Shown piece by piece: positions 1 through 11,900 of a stretch of DNA of 64,000 bases. Each line of letters starts with the position of its first letter. Within the stretch, counting starts at the first letter, position 1. The notes under the pieces were generated by a model, which had not been told where the DNA came from, ran no database searches, and saw only the letters and a program-made list of their open reading frames with translations. This DNA is from a virus. A program made the position numbers and the translations under genes. The DNA lies in IMG/VR virus record IMGVR_UViG_3300043410_001256, positions 1 through 64,000 of that record; one strand, written 5' to 3'.

Positions 1-804
1 ATTCCAATTTGGATCAGTCCACCTGCTAGAGTAACACACATGAATGTTATTCAGCGTGTGATTGCCAGTGTGTATGACGAAACTGGACAGCTCGACAAAG
101 ACGTATTTGACAACGGACAACTGTTGATCAAACGTACTGTAACTGTGCTAGGCTACGGCGTTTTGTTAGTTGGCAACAAACTTAAATTGGTAAAACAAAA
201 CCAAGGCGTTAAAAACAATGTGATTGATGCGTCAACTGACATGTATGGTGCAACAGATATTCCATGGCGTAGTCTTGTTAATGAATACGGAACATTGTCC
301 AATGGCACTAGCCAGCTTCGTTTAGAGCTTGCTACTGGTGCAGAACTAATTGGTACAGTAGCATACGATCCCACAGACGACACACAACTGTTGTTTAATG
401 TGCTGGTAGATACTGTTCCTGTAAATACACTGCCTGCGATAAATGCTATCATTGATCCAAACAAGAGCAACGTAATAGATCTGCTGTACAACACCAATGG
501 TACCTACAAGGTTACCAGTGGCACACGCTATCTGATACTTGATGACATAGGTTCTATAACCAACACTGATTTTGCCAAAGCCTGGACTCCAAACGGAATT
601 CCGGTTGTAGCAAAGGCCAATGATATTATACAATACGATGGCAACCGCTGGTTTGTTTCATTTGATAGCAACGGCACAACTGCTAAAAAAGATCAATATG
701 TAACAAACACCAACACTGGTGTGCAGTATCGTTGGGATGGCGATCAATGGGTCAAGAGCTATGAAGGACTTTATCGAGAATCAGCATGGAGAATAATCTT
801 ATAG
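1..804 (+). CDS. 5'-truncated gene, probable tail completion / sheath stabiliser (T4 gp15-like) with C-terminal extension
   Basis: The frame is open from base 1 (IPIWISPPARVTHMNVIQ...), so the real start is upstream of the window. I recall the PIWISPPA motif from gp15-like proteins of large myophages. The C-terminus is W-rich. Confidence 0.5.
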   Translation: MPIWISPPARVTHMNVIQRVIASVYDETGQLDKDVFDNGQLLIKRTVTVLGYGVLLVGNKLKLVKQNQGVKNNVIDASTDMYGATDIPWRSLVNEYGTLSNGTSQLRLELATGAELIGTVAYDPTDDTQLLFNVLVDTVPVNTLPAINAIIDPNKSNVIDLLYNTNGTYKVTSGTRYLILDDIGSITNTDFAKAWTPNGIPVVAKANDIIQYDGNRWFVSFDSNGTTAKKDQYVTNTNTGVQYRWDGDQWVKSYEGLYRESAWRIIL

Positions 805-1220
805 AAAGTTGTGGCGCATTAATCTATGCCAGGACCACTCAACGCTATTTGTTCCTGTTGCGCTCAACCAGCAAGTATCGAAACAGTTGGGGTCTAGTAG
901 GTGGCAAGGTTGAACCCGGCGAAACTGTTATTCAAGGACTACACAGAGAAATCCAAGAAGAACTAGGCGGTCAAATTGACAACGCCAAGATACGCCCAAT
1001 TGAAAAATTTACCAGCGAAAACGGAAACTTTTGTTATCACACGTTTGTTATTGTGATTGATGATGAATTTGTGCCAGACCTAAATCATGAACACGACGGC
1101 TACTGCTGGGTACCGTTGGACAAATATCCCAAACCCTTGCATCCAGGTGTTTGGCGAACATTCAAATTTGAAGCTGTAATTAACAAGATCAAAGTAATTG
1201 AAAAATTAGCAAACGCCTAG
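786..1220 (+). CDS. Nudix hydrolase
   Basis: Nudix box GKVEPGETVIQGLHREIQEELG (GX5EX7REUXEEXG). Confidence 0.92.
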   Translation: MENNLIESCGALIYARTTQRYLFLLRSTSKYRNSWGLVGGKVEPGETVIQGLHREIQEELGGQIDNAKIRPIEKFTSENGNFCYHTFVIVIDDEFVPDLNHEHDGYCWVPLDKYPKPLHPGVWRTFKFEAVINKIKVIEKLANA

Positions 1221-1952
1221 GTCTGCTTCAATTACATATTCATTAAAACTGATTTGTCGGAAGTTTTCTAGTCTGCGCCAGGACGGTGGGCACAGATAGT
1301 TTGGAGTTGATGTGACTCTAACAAACTCAACTTCACTGTACAACGACATTACGTGCTCCATGGCCATTATCCAATAGTCATCGCTGTAGTTGTGATTGGC
1401 AGGTGCGTAGCAGTTTGTGCCTGCATAGATATTGTTGTTGTAGTATTCGCCTGCTGAGTTATCAAACCCTAATAGGTATACTCTTTCATGCCCATCAAAG
1501 CAGGCCAGATATGTTGCAATGGTTCCTGCATTGCTGATAAAGTCTTGAGGTATTAGATAGAACTTGTTTGGATATTGTAGAATTTTATCACTGTTTGCGT
1601 AAACAATGTTTCTATCACAGTATCCACTGTTGGCCACTTCTTGGCACATTTCGTCACCAACTGCAATTAAAAAAGTTGGATTGAAATCTCTATAGATTGC
1701 ATTGCAGCCGTATGTCTGCATACTTTTCGCACCTAACCTTCCGGCTAGATGCGAAAATATAATTTTGGTTGGAAAATTTTCTCTTGAACTACCATTGCCA
1801 ACTACTGTGGCAATTTTACTGATTTGATTGTTTGCGACTGCTGTTGGAACCCACTCAGTCTTGTAAAGCCATTCGCTACCTCTAAGCGCAGCCTCGGTGG
1901 TGATACGCTCACCACCGTAGTTGGTGCGATAGATTTTCTGTAGCTTTTGCAT
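1206..1952 (-). CDS. Maf/DUF115/Cst-like (sialyltransferase-fold) putative glycosyltransferase
   Basis: Motif order VVGNGSS...YGCNAIY...NAG..A.YLA..GH..VYLLGFD matches the GNGPS / CN / SG / YLxGxD pattern of Maf and GT42-like proteins. Confidence 0.6.
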   Translation of the reverse strand: MQKLQKIYRTNYGGERITTEAALRGSEWLYKTEWVPTAVANNQISKIATVVGNGSSRENFPTKIIFSHLAGRLGAKSMQTYGCNAIYRDFNPTFLIAVGDEMCQEVANSGYCDRNIVYANSDKILQYPNKFYLIPQDFISNAGTIATYLACFDGHERVYLLGFDNSAGEYYNNNIYAGTNCYAPANHNYSDDYWIMAMEHVMSLYSEVEFVRVTSTPNYLCPPSWRRLENFRQISFNEYVIEADLGVC

Positions 1953-1955
1953 CCA

Positions 1956-2294
1956 TTATACGCCAAATATCAACGCGGCTGAGTCGACGTAACTCTTTGG
2001 TACAATAGAGTTCGCTGTAAAGTTTGATGCTGGTGCAACAGTGTAGGTTAGTGTACCACTGATGTTCAAATCTTGAACAGTCATGCTACCAGTGAAAGTA
2101 GGACTAGTCAAAGTTTTGTTAGTCAGAGTCTGTGTAGCTGTTCTTGTCACAATCTCAGCAACGCCACCGGCAGTAGAGCCGTCGTGGACAATTAGAGTTT
2201 GTTTTGTTGTGTCAAGGGTTACCTCGCCAACCGCACCAGTGAATGTGCTGTGTTGTACTGTAGTACCTCTACGAAATTGTACTTGTGCGGCCAT
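1956..2294 (-). CDS. Small fibre protein with major tropism determinant N-terminal (Mtd_N) domain
   Basis: QVQFRRGTT...FTGAVGEVTLDTT...VHDGSTAGG is the Mtd_N signature. Paralogue of 20805-21176. Confidence 0.8.
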   Translation of the reverse strand: MAAQVQFRRGTTVQHSTFTGAVGEVTLDTTKQTLIVHDGSTAGGVAEIVTRTATQTLTNKTLTSPTFTGSMTVQDLNISGTLTYTVAPASNFTANSIVPKSYVDSAALIFGV

Positions 2295-2295
2295 T

Positions 2296-2853
2296 TTATG
2301 CTATGCTCCCGTAATCTTGTTGGTAAGTAAGTGGCTGTGTGATTAATCCGTAATCAGCCGAGAAATTATTTGTGGTAACCGGTGCGCCATTAATGGTAAC
2401 AGCACCCTTGAAATCCCAGTTGTCTGGGCTTACCCATTGACCATCATAGATACTGATGTTACCGTATGTACCATTGGTACCAATGAAAATACCGCCGCCT
2501 CGTGCCTGTGTGGAACTTGCCGCGTTATTTGCAAGTGTGATGTTCTTGTCATTGGTTACGATTTCGTTTGTGCCAACCGCAGTAGTGTTACCAGCAACGT
2601 AAATGTTGCCGATAACATAAACATCGCTTAGAGCACTGACCAAGCCTCCAACGTTCAAACGTCCTACAACACCTGCTCCGCCTGTAACAACAAGAGCACC
2701 AGTTGTTGGGCTCAAGCTGCTCGCGCCAGCGATTGTAACGTTAGAAATTTGGGTAGCTTGACGTGTCCAAGTACCATAGGTGGAATTGTAGGTATACAGA
2801 ATATTATTAACTGTTGCCTGTTGTCCATTAACTGGTGATGATGGAAATGCCAT
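2296..2853 (-). CDS. Small virion fibre/adaptor protein
   Basis: MAFPSSPVNGQ..YTYN..W N-terminus and a TTGALVVTGGAGV shaft repeat shared with the 4550-aa protein. Late promoter upstream. Confidence 0.65.
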   Translation of the reverse strand: MAFPSSPVNGQQATVNNILYTYNSTYGTWTRQATQISNVTIAGASSLSPTTGALVVTGGAGVVGRLNVGGLVSALSDVYVIGNIYVAGNTTAVGTNEIVTNDKNITLANNAASSTQARGGGIFIGTNGTYGNISIYDGQWVSPDNWDFKGAVTINGAPVTTNNFSADYGLITQPLTYQQDYGSIA

Positions 2854-2880
2854 TTTTACCGTACCTTTTTCTTGTCAAAG

Positions 2881-2888
2881 TATTTATG
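2881..2888 (-). promoter_or_regulatory. Late promoter (CATAAATA)
   Basis: T4 late-like TAAATA in the intergenic gap before 2853. Confidence 0.7.
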
Positions 2889-2900
2889 CCAAACTCAAAA

Positions 2901-5900
2901 TTACCATCCATACAACGGTGCGCGAGCCCACAGATTGTTTGCATAGCAGATGTATACAAACTCGTTATCGTAGGCAATTTCGCCTTTTAGCCCGGTGCTT
3001 GTTGCGGTCCCTGGGACAGTTGGGTTAGTAATACGGAAACGCTCCACTTTTAGGGTACCTGTAGTTTTGTCAAACGCAAAGTTAATATTTGCCCCAAAAG
3101 TGCCGTTATCGTTCCACTGTACTTCCCCGTTATCCCCGCCAATATCGCGGCTTGGTAATATTGCTCTTAGCGGTGTGCTAAACAAATCTAGCCAGTATTC
3201 GCTTGTACCATCATTTACATAACGGTACAGAATATCTGTGCCAGTTTGATACCACATGTCTCCGTTTACAGGACTATCCGGTGGAGTAGCACTGGTTATA
3301 GTACGTAGTCCGCCGCCAGCATAATTGATATACCCTGGCACTGTTAGATTGCCTGCAACAGTAAAGTCTTGGAATGTGATATTAGGAGTTAACCCAATAC
3401 TGATTGTGTTGCCCAAAACAGTTGTTTGAATCTGGTTTGGAACACCAACCACAAACAAGGTTGATCCACCGTTAACACTGCCTGTGCCAACATTGCCACT
3501 TAACCCAACTGTTGTGCTGACAGAGTTTGTGGTTACATTGGTAATACGCCCTTTGTCGTCAACACTAATAGTTGGAATGCTTGTTGCACTACCATATGTG
3601 CCTGCACCAACGCCTGTGGTTGTTAGGCTTACACCTAAGTTAAATCCATTGGTTGTGTTAGCAATAATGTCAGCAGTATTAGCAATGGTTGTAGTTACAA
3701 ACGGAACGCCATTTGCATAATAGTAGTTGTCGCTGATGAAACCATTTGCAATTACATTGTTGCCGTAGATGTTACCAACGGTCTGGAAGTCGCCTAGGCC
3801 ATCAAAGTCCTGAGTAACGTTTGCAATAGTTGCACCACTTACGTCAACCCAGTGTGTGCTTGTACCATCATTGATGTATTGATACAAGACGTCAGTGTCT
3901 TGCTTATACCACTGATCACCAATGGTTGGATTTGCAGGTGCTGTGATGCTAGTTGTCTTGCGAATGCTTCCGCCTGATATATCACCAGACACTATTACAT
4001 TACCAAATGTAGCTTCGCCAATTACACCAATGCTTAGTAATGTTGGCAATGCACCATTGTTGATTGTTAGTCCGGCAATGGTTGCAGTTGTACCAGTAGC
4101 ATTAATGTTTCCGTTTAGTACTGTTAGTCCAGCCGCAGTAAAGTAATTTCCACCAATAGTAGCATTGCCTGTAACAGACAAGTTACCGCCTACAACAGCA
4201 TCGCTGGATAGTGATAGTGTTGCGCCAGCAATGCTGGTGTTAGAAATGATTATTTGTGCAGTTAGGGTGTCAGCAAATGTTCCACTTCCGGTAGCATTAA
4301 CATTACCTGTGATGCCAACGCCGCCAATGACTTGTACTGCGCCAGTCACTGGGCTGGTGCTTAGTGTACCACTTACAAACTGTATGTCGTAACCAAGTTG
4401 AGCATTTGCCAATGTTAAATCTGCAACAGTTGCACTGGTGTAGTCAACCCAGATGTTCTTTGTGCCATCTGTGATGTATTGGTAATAGATATCTGTGTCA
4501 GTTTTGTACCAAACATCACCAACCACCGGATTTGCTGGTGCAGTTGATTGAGCGTACTTGCGTAGGCCTCCACCTGTGATGTTGCCAGTTACTGCTAGAT
4601 CTGCGCCAATTGTTACTGCACCAACAACATCCAAACTTGCAAGACTACCAAAACCGCCATTAATGATTTCTAGCCCACCAATCTTGGCATAGGTACCTGT
4701 TGCAATAACATTGCCATTGCTTGTGGTTAATCCGTATGCAGAAATATTGCCTGCTGTTACACTTAATCCACCTGCGGAGAAATAAGAACCAGATGCTGTT
4801 AGGTTTCCGCCAGCAGTAGTAATGCCCTGGCTGGCAATGTAACCAGCCACATTAGAGTTGCTGTAGAATCCTTGATAGTAACCATCTAAGATACTTGTAT
4901 TGTTTGCGTAAGTAAATGCTGTGGCTGTTATAACACCAGTGGAGTTTACTCCTGTGGCATTAACTGTACCAGTGGAGTTTACTCCTGTGGCATTAACTGT
5001 ACCAGTGGATAGATTACCTAAACTTGCATTACCTGCTACATTTAGATCGCCTGTAATACCTGCACCACCAGCAATGGTCAATGCACCTGTTGTAGAATTA
5101 ACACTTGGTGTGCCGCTGGTAATAGAAATGTCACTTACGGTTTGAGCAGACTGTGTTACGTTGGCAACTGTTGGGCTAACCATGTCAACCCAATATGTAC
5201 CAGTTCCATCATTGATGTATTCGTAGTAAACGTCCGTATCTTGCTTGTACCAAATGTCACCAACAGTTGGATTAGCGGGGGCACTAACACTTGTGGTCTT
5301 GCGAATACCGCCGCCTGTGATATTTCCAGTTACTGCCAGATCACCACCAATTGTTGCCGAGCCTAACACACCAATGCTTGGCAATGCTGGTAGTGCGCCG
5401 TTATTAATTACCAATCCACCAATTGTGGCTGTGGTACCTGTGGCAACAATGTTTCCGTTGTTTACAGTAACACCGGCAGCTGAGAAGTATGTGCCACTGG
5501 CTGTGATATTACCTGTTACAGCTACATTACCAGTAACACTCAAATCTCCAGTTGAGGCAGCACTTGAAATGCTTAGACTTGCACCAGTTATACTTGTATT
5601 TGATACTAGTCCTTGTGCAGTTAATATGTCAGCAAATGTACCTTGCCCTGTTGCATTGATGTTTCCAGTTATACCAACGCCGCCAATGACTTGTACCGCA
5701 CCAGACTGAGGATCTGTGCTTAGTGTGCCACTAACAAACTGTACATCATATCCGTACTGTGCATTAGCCGCAGTAATATTAGCAACTGCGGCACTGGTAA
5801 AGTCTACCCAATATGTACTGCTACCATCTGTGATATATTGATAGTAGATATCTGTGTCTGTTTTATACCAAACGTCACCAACAACAGGAGTAGCAGGAGC

Positions 5901-8900
5901 ATTTGGTTGTGCGTATTTGCGTAGGCCTCCACCAGTGATGTTTCCTGTTACTGCTAAGTCCCCGCCAACTGTGGCTGATCCAATAACGCCAAGACTTGCA
6001 AGATTACCAAAACCACCATTGACAATTTCAAGTCCACCAATTTGTGCATAGCTGCCTGTGGCAATCACGTTGCCGTTTGCTACTGTAAATCCATAGCCAT
6101 TGATATTACCAATGGTAACATTTCCTGCTAGTGCGCTGATACCACCTGCAGAGAAATAAGAACCAGTTGCAGTTAGGTTGCCACCGTCTGTGCCAATGCC
6201 TTGTGCAGTTAGGTAGTCTGCTACGTTTGCATTTGAATATGTGCCTTCGTTTCCAGTTAGGATGCTTACACCATTTGGATATGTAAACGATGTTCCAGTG
6301 ACCACAGATTGAGAATGTACAGAACTAGCATTGATTGTACCAGTGTCTAAATTACCTAATGTTGCGTTGCCTGCAACTGCAATGGATTCTCCAATGTTTA
6401 CATTGCCTGTGATACCTGCACCGCCTGCAATACGCAAGGCGCCAGTGCTGGTATCAGTGCTGTTTGTACCACTAGTGATGTAAATGTCTGTAACTGTTTG
6501 TGCGCTTTGTGTTACATTAGCAACCGTTGCGCTGGTGTAGTCAACCCAGAAACTGCTGGTTCCATCGCTTATGTACTGATAATAGACGTCAGTGTCAGTC
6601 TTGTACCAAATGTCTCCTTGTACTGGATTTGCTGGTGCGTTTATCTGTGCGTACTTGCGTAAGCCGCCTCCAGTAATATTTCCAGTAACTGCTAGGTCCC
6701 CGCCAATTGTGGCTGATCCTGTAACACCTAAACTTGCAATGGCAGCAAATCCACCGTTTTCAATTACCAATCCACCAATCTCAGCACGAGTGCCTGTGGC
6801 AATCAAATTACCATTTAGAGCTGTTAATCCTGCCGCACTAAAATATGCACCAGTTGCAACCAAGTTTCCGTTATTGGTTGTGAATCCGTAACCTGCAATG
6901 TTACCAACTGCAACATTACCAACGGATAATGTACCACCAATGGTTGCATTGTTAGTTACTGCCAGCGTACTTGCTTGAATATTATTATTAGCAGTTAGAT
7001 TGTTTACAAGAACGTTACCACCAATATCGACGTTGCCTGCTGTATAGATATCACCGGTGATACCAGCCCCGCCGCTAATTGTCAGGGCACCAGTGGTTGG
7101 ACTTGTACTTTGTGTTCCGCTGACAACTTGCAAGTCTGTAAGTTGTTGTTGCGCTTGTACGCTGGCATTACTTACAGTTGGACCAGTGTAGTCGATCCAA
7201 TAATTATTTGTACCATCATTGACGTATGTGTAATATACATCAGTGTCAGTCTTGTACCAAATATCGCCAAGAACAGGATTTGCTGGCGCACTGGATTGAG
7301 CGTATTTACGCAGTCCGCCACCTGTGATATTGCCAGTTACTGATAGGTCACCACCAATTGTGGCTGTACCTACAACTCCTAAGGTTGGTAAACTTGGCAA
7401 TGATCCGTTTGTGATTACCAAGCCGCCAATTGTAGCTGATGTACCTGAAGCAGTGATATTGCCATTCAGAACTGTTAGTCCAGCAGCAGAAAGATATGTA
7501 CCAGATGCAGAAACGTTTCCACCAACGGATAAATCGTGACTAGATAGGTATGCAATTACATTAGCATCTGAATATGTGCCTTGGTAGTATCCATCTAGGA
7601 TACTTGCGCCATTTGCGTATGTGAACAGTCCTGCACTAACGGTACCGGCAGCAATATTACCTGCATTGATGTTGCCACTTACACCTGCACCACCTTGTAC
7701 TACCAATGCACCGGTTGAAGTACCGGTACTTGCGGTGCCAGAAACAATTTGTAGGTCCTGTAAACTCTGAGGGCTTGTAGGACTTGCATTGCTTACAGTT
7801 GCACTTGAGTAGTCAATCCAGTAGCTGTTTGTGCCATCGTTAATGTACTGATAGTATACGTCTGTATCTGTCTTGTACCAAACATCACCTACAATTGGAT
7901 TTGCAGGGGCGGAAATTTGAGCATACTTACGTAGTCCACCGCCTGTGATGTTTCCTGTTACCTCTAGGTCGCCGCCGATGGTTGCAGATCCAACCACGCC
8001 CAGTGTTGGTAAACTTGGCAACGATCCATTGTTAATTGTTAGCCCTGCAATGGTTGCAGTTGTACCAGTTGTGGTTAAGTTACCAGCATTAACTGTTAGC
8101 CCGCCTGCGGAGAAATATGTACCGCTGGATATCAAATTACCAGCTGGTGTAGTAATACCTTGTGCAGACAAGTATCCAATAACGTTAGCGTTTGAGTATG
8201 TGCCTTCGTTGCCTGCTAGAATACTTACACCATTTGCATAGGTAAACAAACTGGCGCTGATATTGGTTGCAGATACATTACCTGCATTGATGTTGCCACT
8301 TACGCCAACACCGCCTGCTACAACGATTGCGCCTGTGCTGGTATTAGTACTAGCAGTTCCACCAACCACTGCTAGGTCTTGTATGCTTTGCAAACTGGTT
8401 GGACTTGCGTTGCTTACAGTTGCGCCTACATAGTCAATCCAGTATTTGTTTGTGCCGTCATTGATGTATGTGTAGTATACGTCAGTGTCTGTTTTGTACC
8501 AAACGTCACCAACGATTGGATTTGCTGGTGCATTGATTTGAGCATACTTACGTACACCACCTGCATCAATATTACCAGTGATTGTAACGTCACCACCAAC
8601 TGTGAGTGCGCCAGCAATGTCTGCACGTGCAATGGTTGCAATACCAGTTGATATGTTACCAGCAACAAGATTTGCTGTGACTGCAAGAGTTGTTGTTTGG
8701 ACATTCAAGTTAGCAGTCAAATTGTTGACTGTAACATTAGAACCAAAGTTGGCCAGTCCTGATGTGAATATGTCGCCAGTAATACCAAGTCCACCAGCAA
8801 TGGTTACTGCACCAGTGGTTGGGTCGGTGCTTGGAGTACCAGATGTAAATTGATAATCTGTTGCTGTGCCAGAAGTTACGGCTGCGTTTGATACAGTTGG

Positions 8901-11900
8901 GCCAACATAGTCCACCCAAACATTATTTGCACCATCATTGATGTATTGATACAATACATCTGTGTCTGTTTTATACCACAGGTCGCCCACAACTGGATTA
9001 ACAGGTGCAGTTAAACTTGTGGTCTTGCGTACACCGCCACCAACAATATTTCCTGTAGAAGTAATATCACCTGTTGTGATTGATCCAGCAAGGTAAGCCG
9101 CAACGTTGACATTGCTGTATGTTCCAGTAATACCAGATGCAAGACTTACACCATTTGCAAAATAGAAATGATCAGACTGAATATTGGTTGAAACAAATGT
9201 TGTTGCATTGATATTGTTAGCGTTGATATTTCCGCTAACACCTAGTCCGCCAACCACAGTCAACGCACCAGTTAAATTGTTTGTACTTTCTGTGCCGCTG
9301 GCAATCTGGAAGTCTTGGTTCGTGCCAGCAGTGGTTGCGGCGTTAGAAACTGTCGCACCCACATAGTCAATCCAATATTGGCTAGTGCCATCGTTGACGT
9401 ATGTATAGTATACATCTGTATCTGTTTTATACCAAACATCACCTGCTGTTGGATTTGCAGGAGCACTTACTTGTGCATATTTGCGAATGCCAGGAGCATC
9501 AATGCTTGTGGTTACATTTAGAGTTGGTACGGTTAATGTACCACTCAAATTCAGTGTTGTAAAGTTTGCTGTGGTTGCAACAACTTTGGTAAAGTTTGCA
9601 TTGCTACCTGTGACGTTGCCGGTAACATTTACATGTTGACCAATGCTTAGAGTTTTGGCAATACTGGTGTTACCTGCTGTATCAACTTTTAGAGCATCTG
9701 CTTGTACTGTGGTTCCAACTGAATTCTTGATGCCAATGCTGAATGTGTTGGCATTGATGCCCAATGGTGTTGCACCAATTAACTCGCTGTTCAGCGCATC
9801 AATTGTAAATCCGCCGCCTGGTGCGCTGGTCTTGATTCCTAATACATTGTCTGCGGCATCGCTGGAACGGACTTGTACTGTGTAGTTTGCTGTGCCTGGA
9901 CCATGGATGATTACATTGCCATAGCTGTCAATACCATCTGCTACGTTTAGATAACCTGCGGTTACTGCGGTACATGCTGTGAAGGTGCCATCAATGGTGA
10001 AGTCACCAGTGGTGTTGATGTCGCCTGTGATACCTACGCCACCAACAACAACCAATGCACCTGTGTTTGGATCTGTGCTCAGTGTACCGCTGGCAATGGT
10101 AAAGTCTTGATTTACGCTGTTGTCAACTGCGGCATTAGAAACAGTCGCACCTACATAGTCAATCCAGTAGCTGTTTGTGCCATCGTTTACATAGGTATAG
10201 TATACGTCTGTGTCTGTCTTGTACCAAACATCGCCTGGTACAGCGTTTGTAGGTTTGCTAATTTGAGCATACTTACGTAGGCCGCCGCCCGTGACGTTGC
10301 CGGTTACATTTAGGTTACCAGTTACGTCTACATTGGCACCAAATGTTGCAGCCCCAATCACTCCCAGTGTTGGCAGACTTGGCAAGCCACCGTTGTTGAT
10401 AACCAGTCCACCAATTGTGGCTGTGGTGCCTGTAGCAACCAGGTTACCGTTTGTTACGCTGATGCCAGCGGCAGAGAAGTAGTTGCCAGCACTGGTAATG
10501 TTGCCACTTGCAGTTAATTTGTTTACATTGGTATCACTTAATACTTGTAGAGTATTGGTTTGTAAATTATTGTTTGCTGTAATGTTGCCAGCACGTAGGT
10601 TGCCACCAAAGTCAGCAATACCTGTTGTGTAGATATTGCCAATTAAGCCAATACCACCCTGTACTCGAATAGCGCCTGTGGTTGCGCTTGTGCTTTGTGT
10701 GTCTGTGGTAACAACTATGTCGTAGGCAATTTGGTCGCCGGTGGTGCGAGCATTAGAAACAGTAGCGCCAGCTACGTCGATCCAATAATTGCTTGCACCA
10801 TCATTGATGTACTGATACAGAGTATCAGTGTCTTGCTTGTACCATTGATCACCCACAACAGGATTTGCTGGAGCACTAATGCTAGTGGTCTTACGGATAC
10901 CACCACCTGTGACATTGCCTGTTACAGTTAGATCGCCTCCAACTGTGGCTGCGCCTAGTACACCCAATGTTGGTAGACTTGGCAAGGATCCGTTTGTAAT
11001 AACCAAGCCACTAATGGTAGCTGTTGTACCAGTTGTGGTGATATTACCATTATTAACAGTTAAACCTGCGGCTGAGAAATATGATCCACTGGCTGTGATA
11101 TTGCCAGTTGTGGTAATTCCTGTAGAAGTGACTGTGATGCCATTTGCTGCCAGATATGACAGCACATTGGCATTGGAGTATGTCCCTTCATTGCCTGCTA
11201 GAATGCTTACACCATTTGCGTATGTAAACAATCCAGCACTGATATTGGTTGCAGATATGTTGCCTGCGTTTATGTTTCCACTTACACCTGCGCCACCTGT
11301 AACAATCAACGCACCAGTTGTTGTACTGGTACTTGGAGTACCGCTGACAATAGTCAAGTCTTGTAAGCTCTGAGGCTGTGTTGGACTTGCATTGCTTACA
11401 GTTGCACTAGTATAGTCAACCCAGATGTTCTTGGTGCCATCAGTAATGTATTGGTAGAATACGTCTGTATCAGTTTTGTACCAAACGTCACCAACGATTG
11501 GATTAGCGGGTGCTGACACTTGAGCATACTTACGCAAGCCGCCACCTGTTACATTGCCAGTGATGTTGACGTTACCAGTTACATCAATGTTTGCACCAAA
11601 AGTAGCCAATCCCGTTACACCCAGAGTTGGCAATGTTGGTAGCGCACCATTTGTGATCTGTAGTCCTGCAATGGTGGCTGAAGTTCCTGTGGTAACAAGG
11701 TTACCATCAGTCATGCTCAAACCGGCGGCAGAGAAGTATGTACCAGTGCTGGTAATGTTACCAATTGCAGTTAATTTGTTTACATTGGTATCACCAATTA
11801 CTTGCAGTGTATTGGTTTGTAAATTATTGTTTGCTGTGATATTACCAGCACGTAGATTGCCGCCAAAGTCAGCTATACCTGTGGTATAGATATTACCAAT

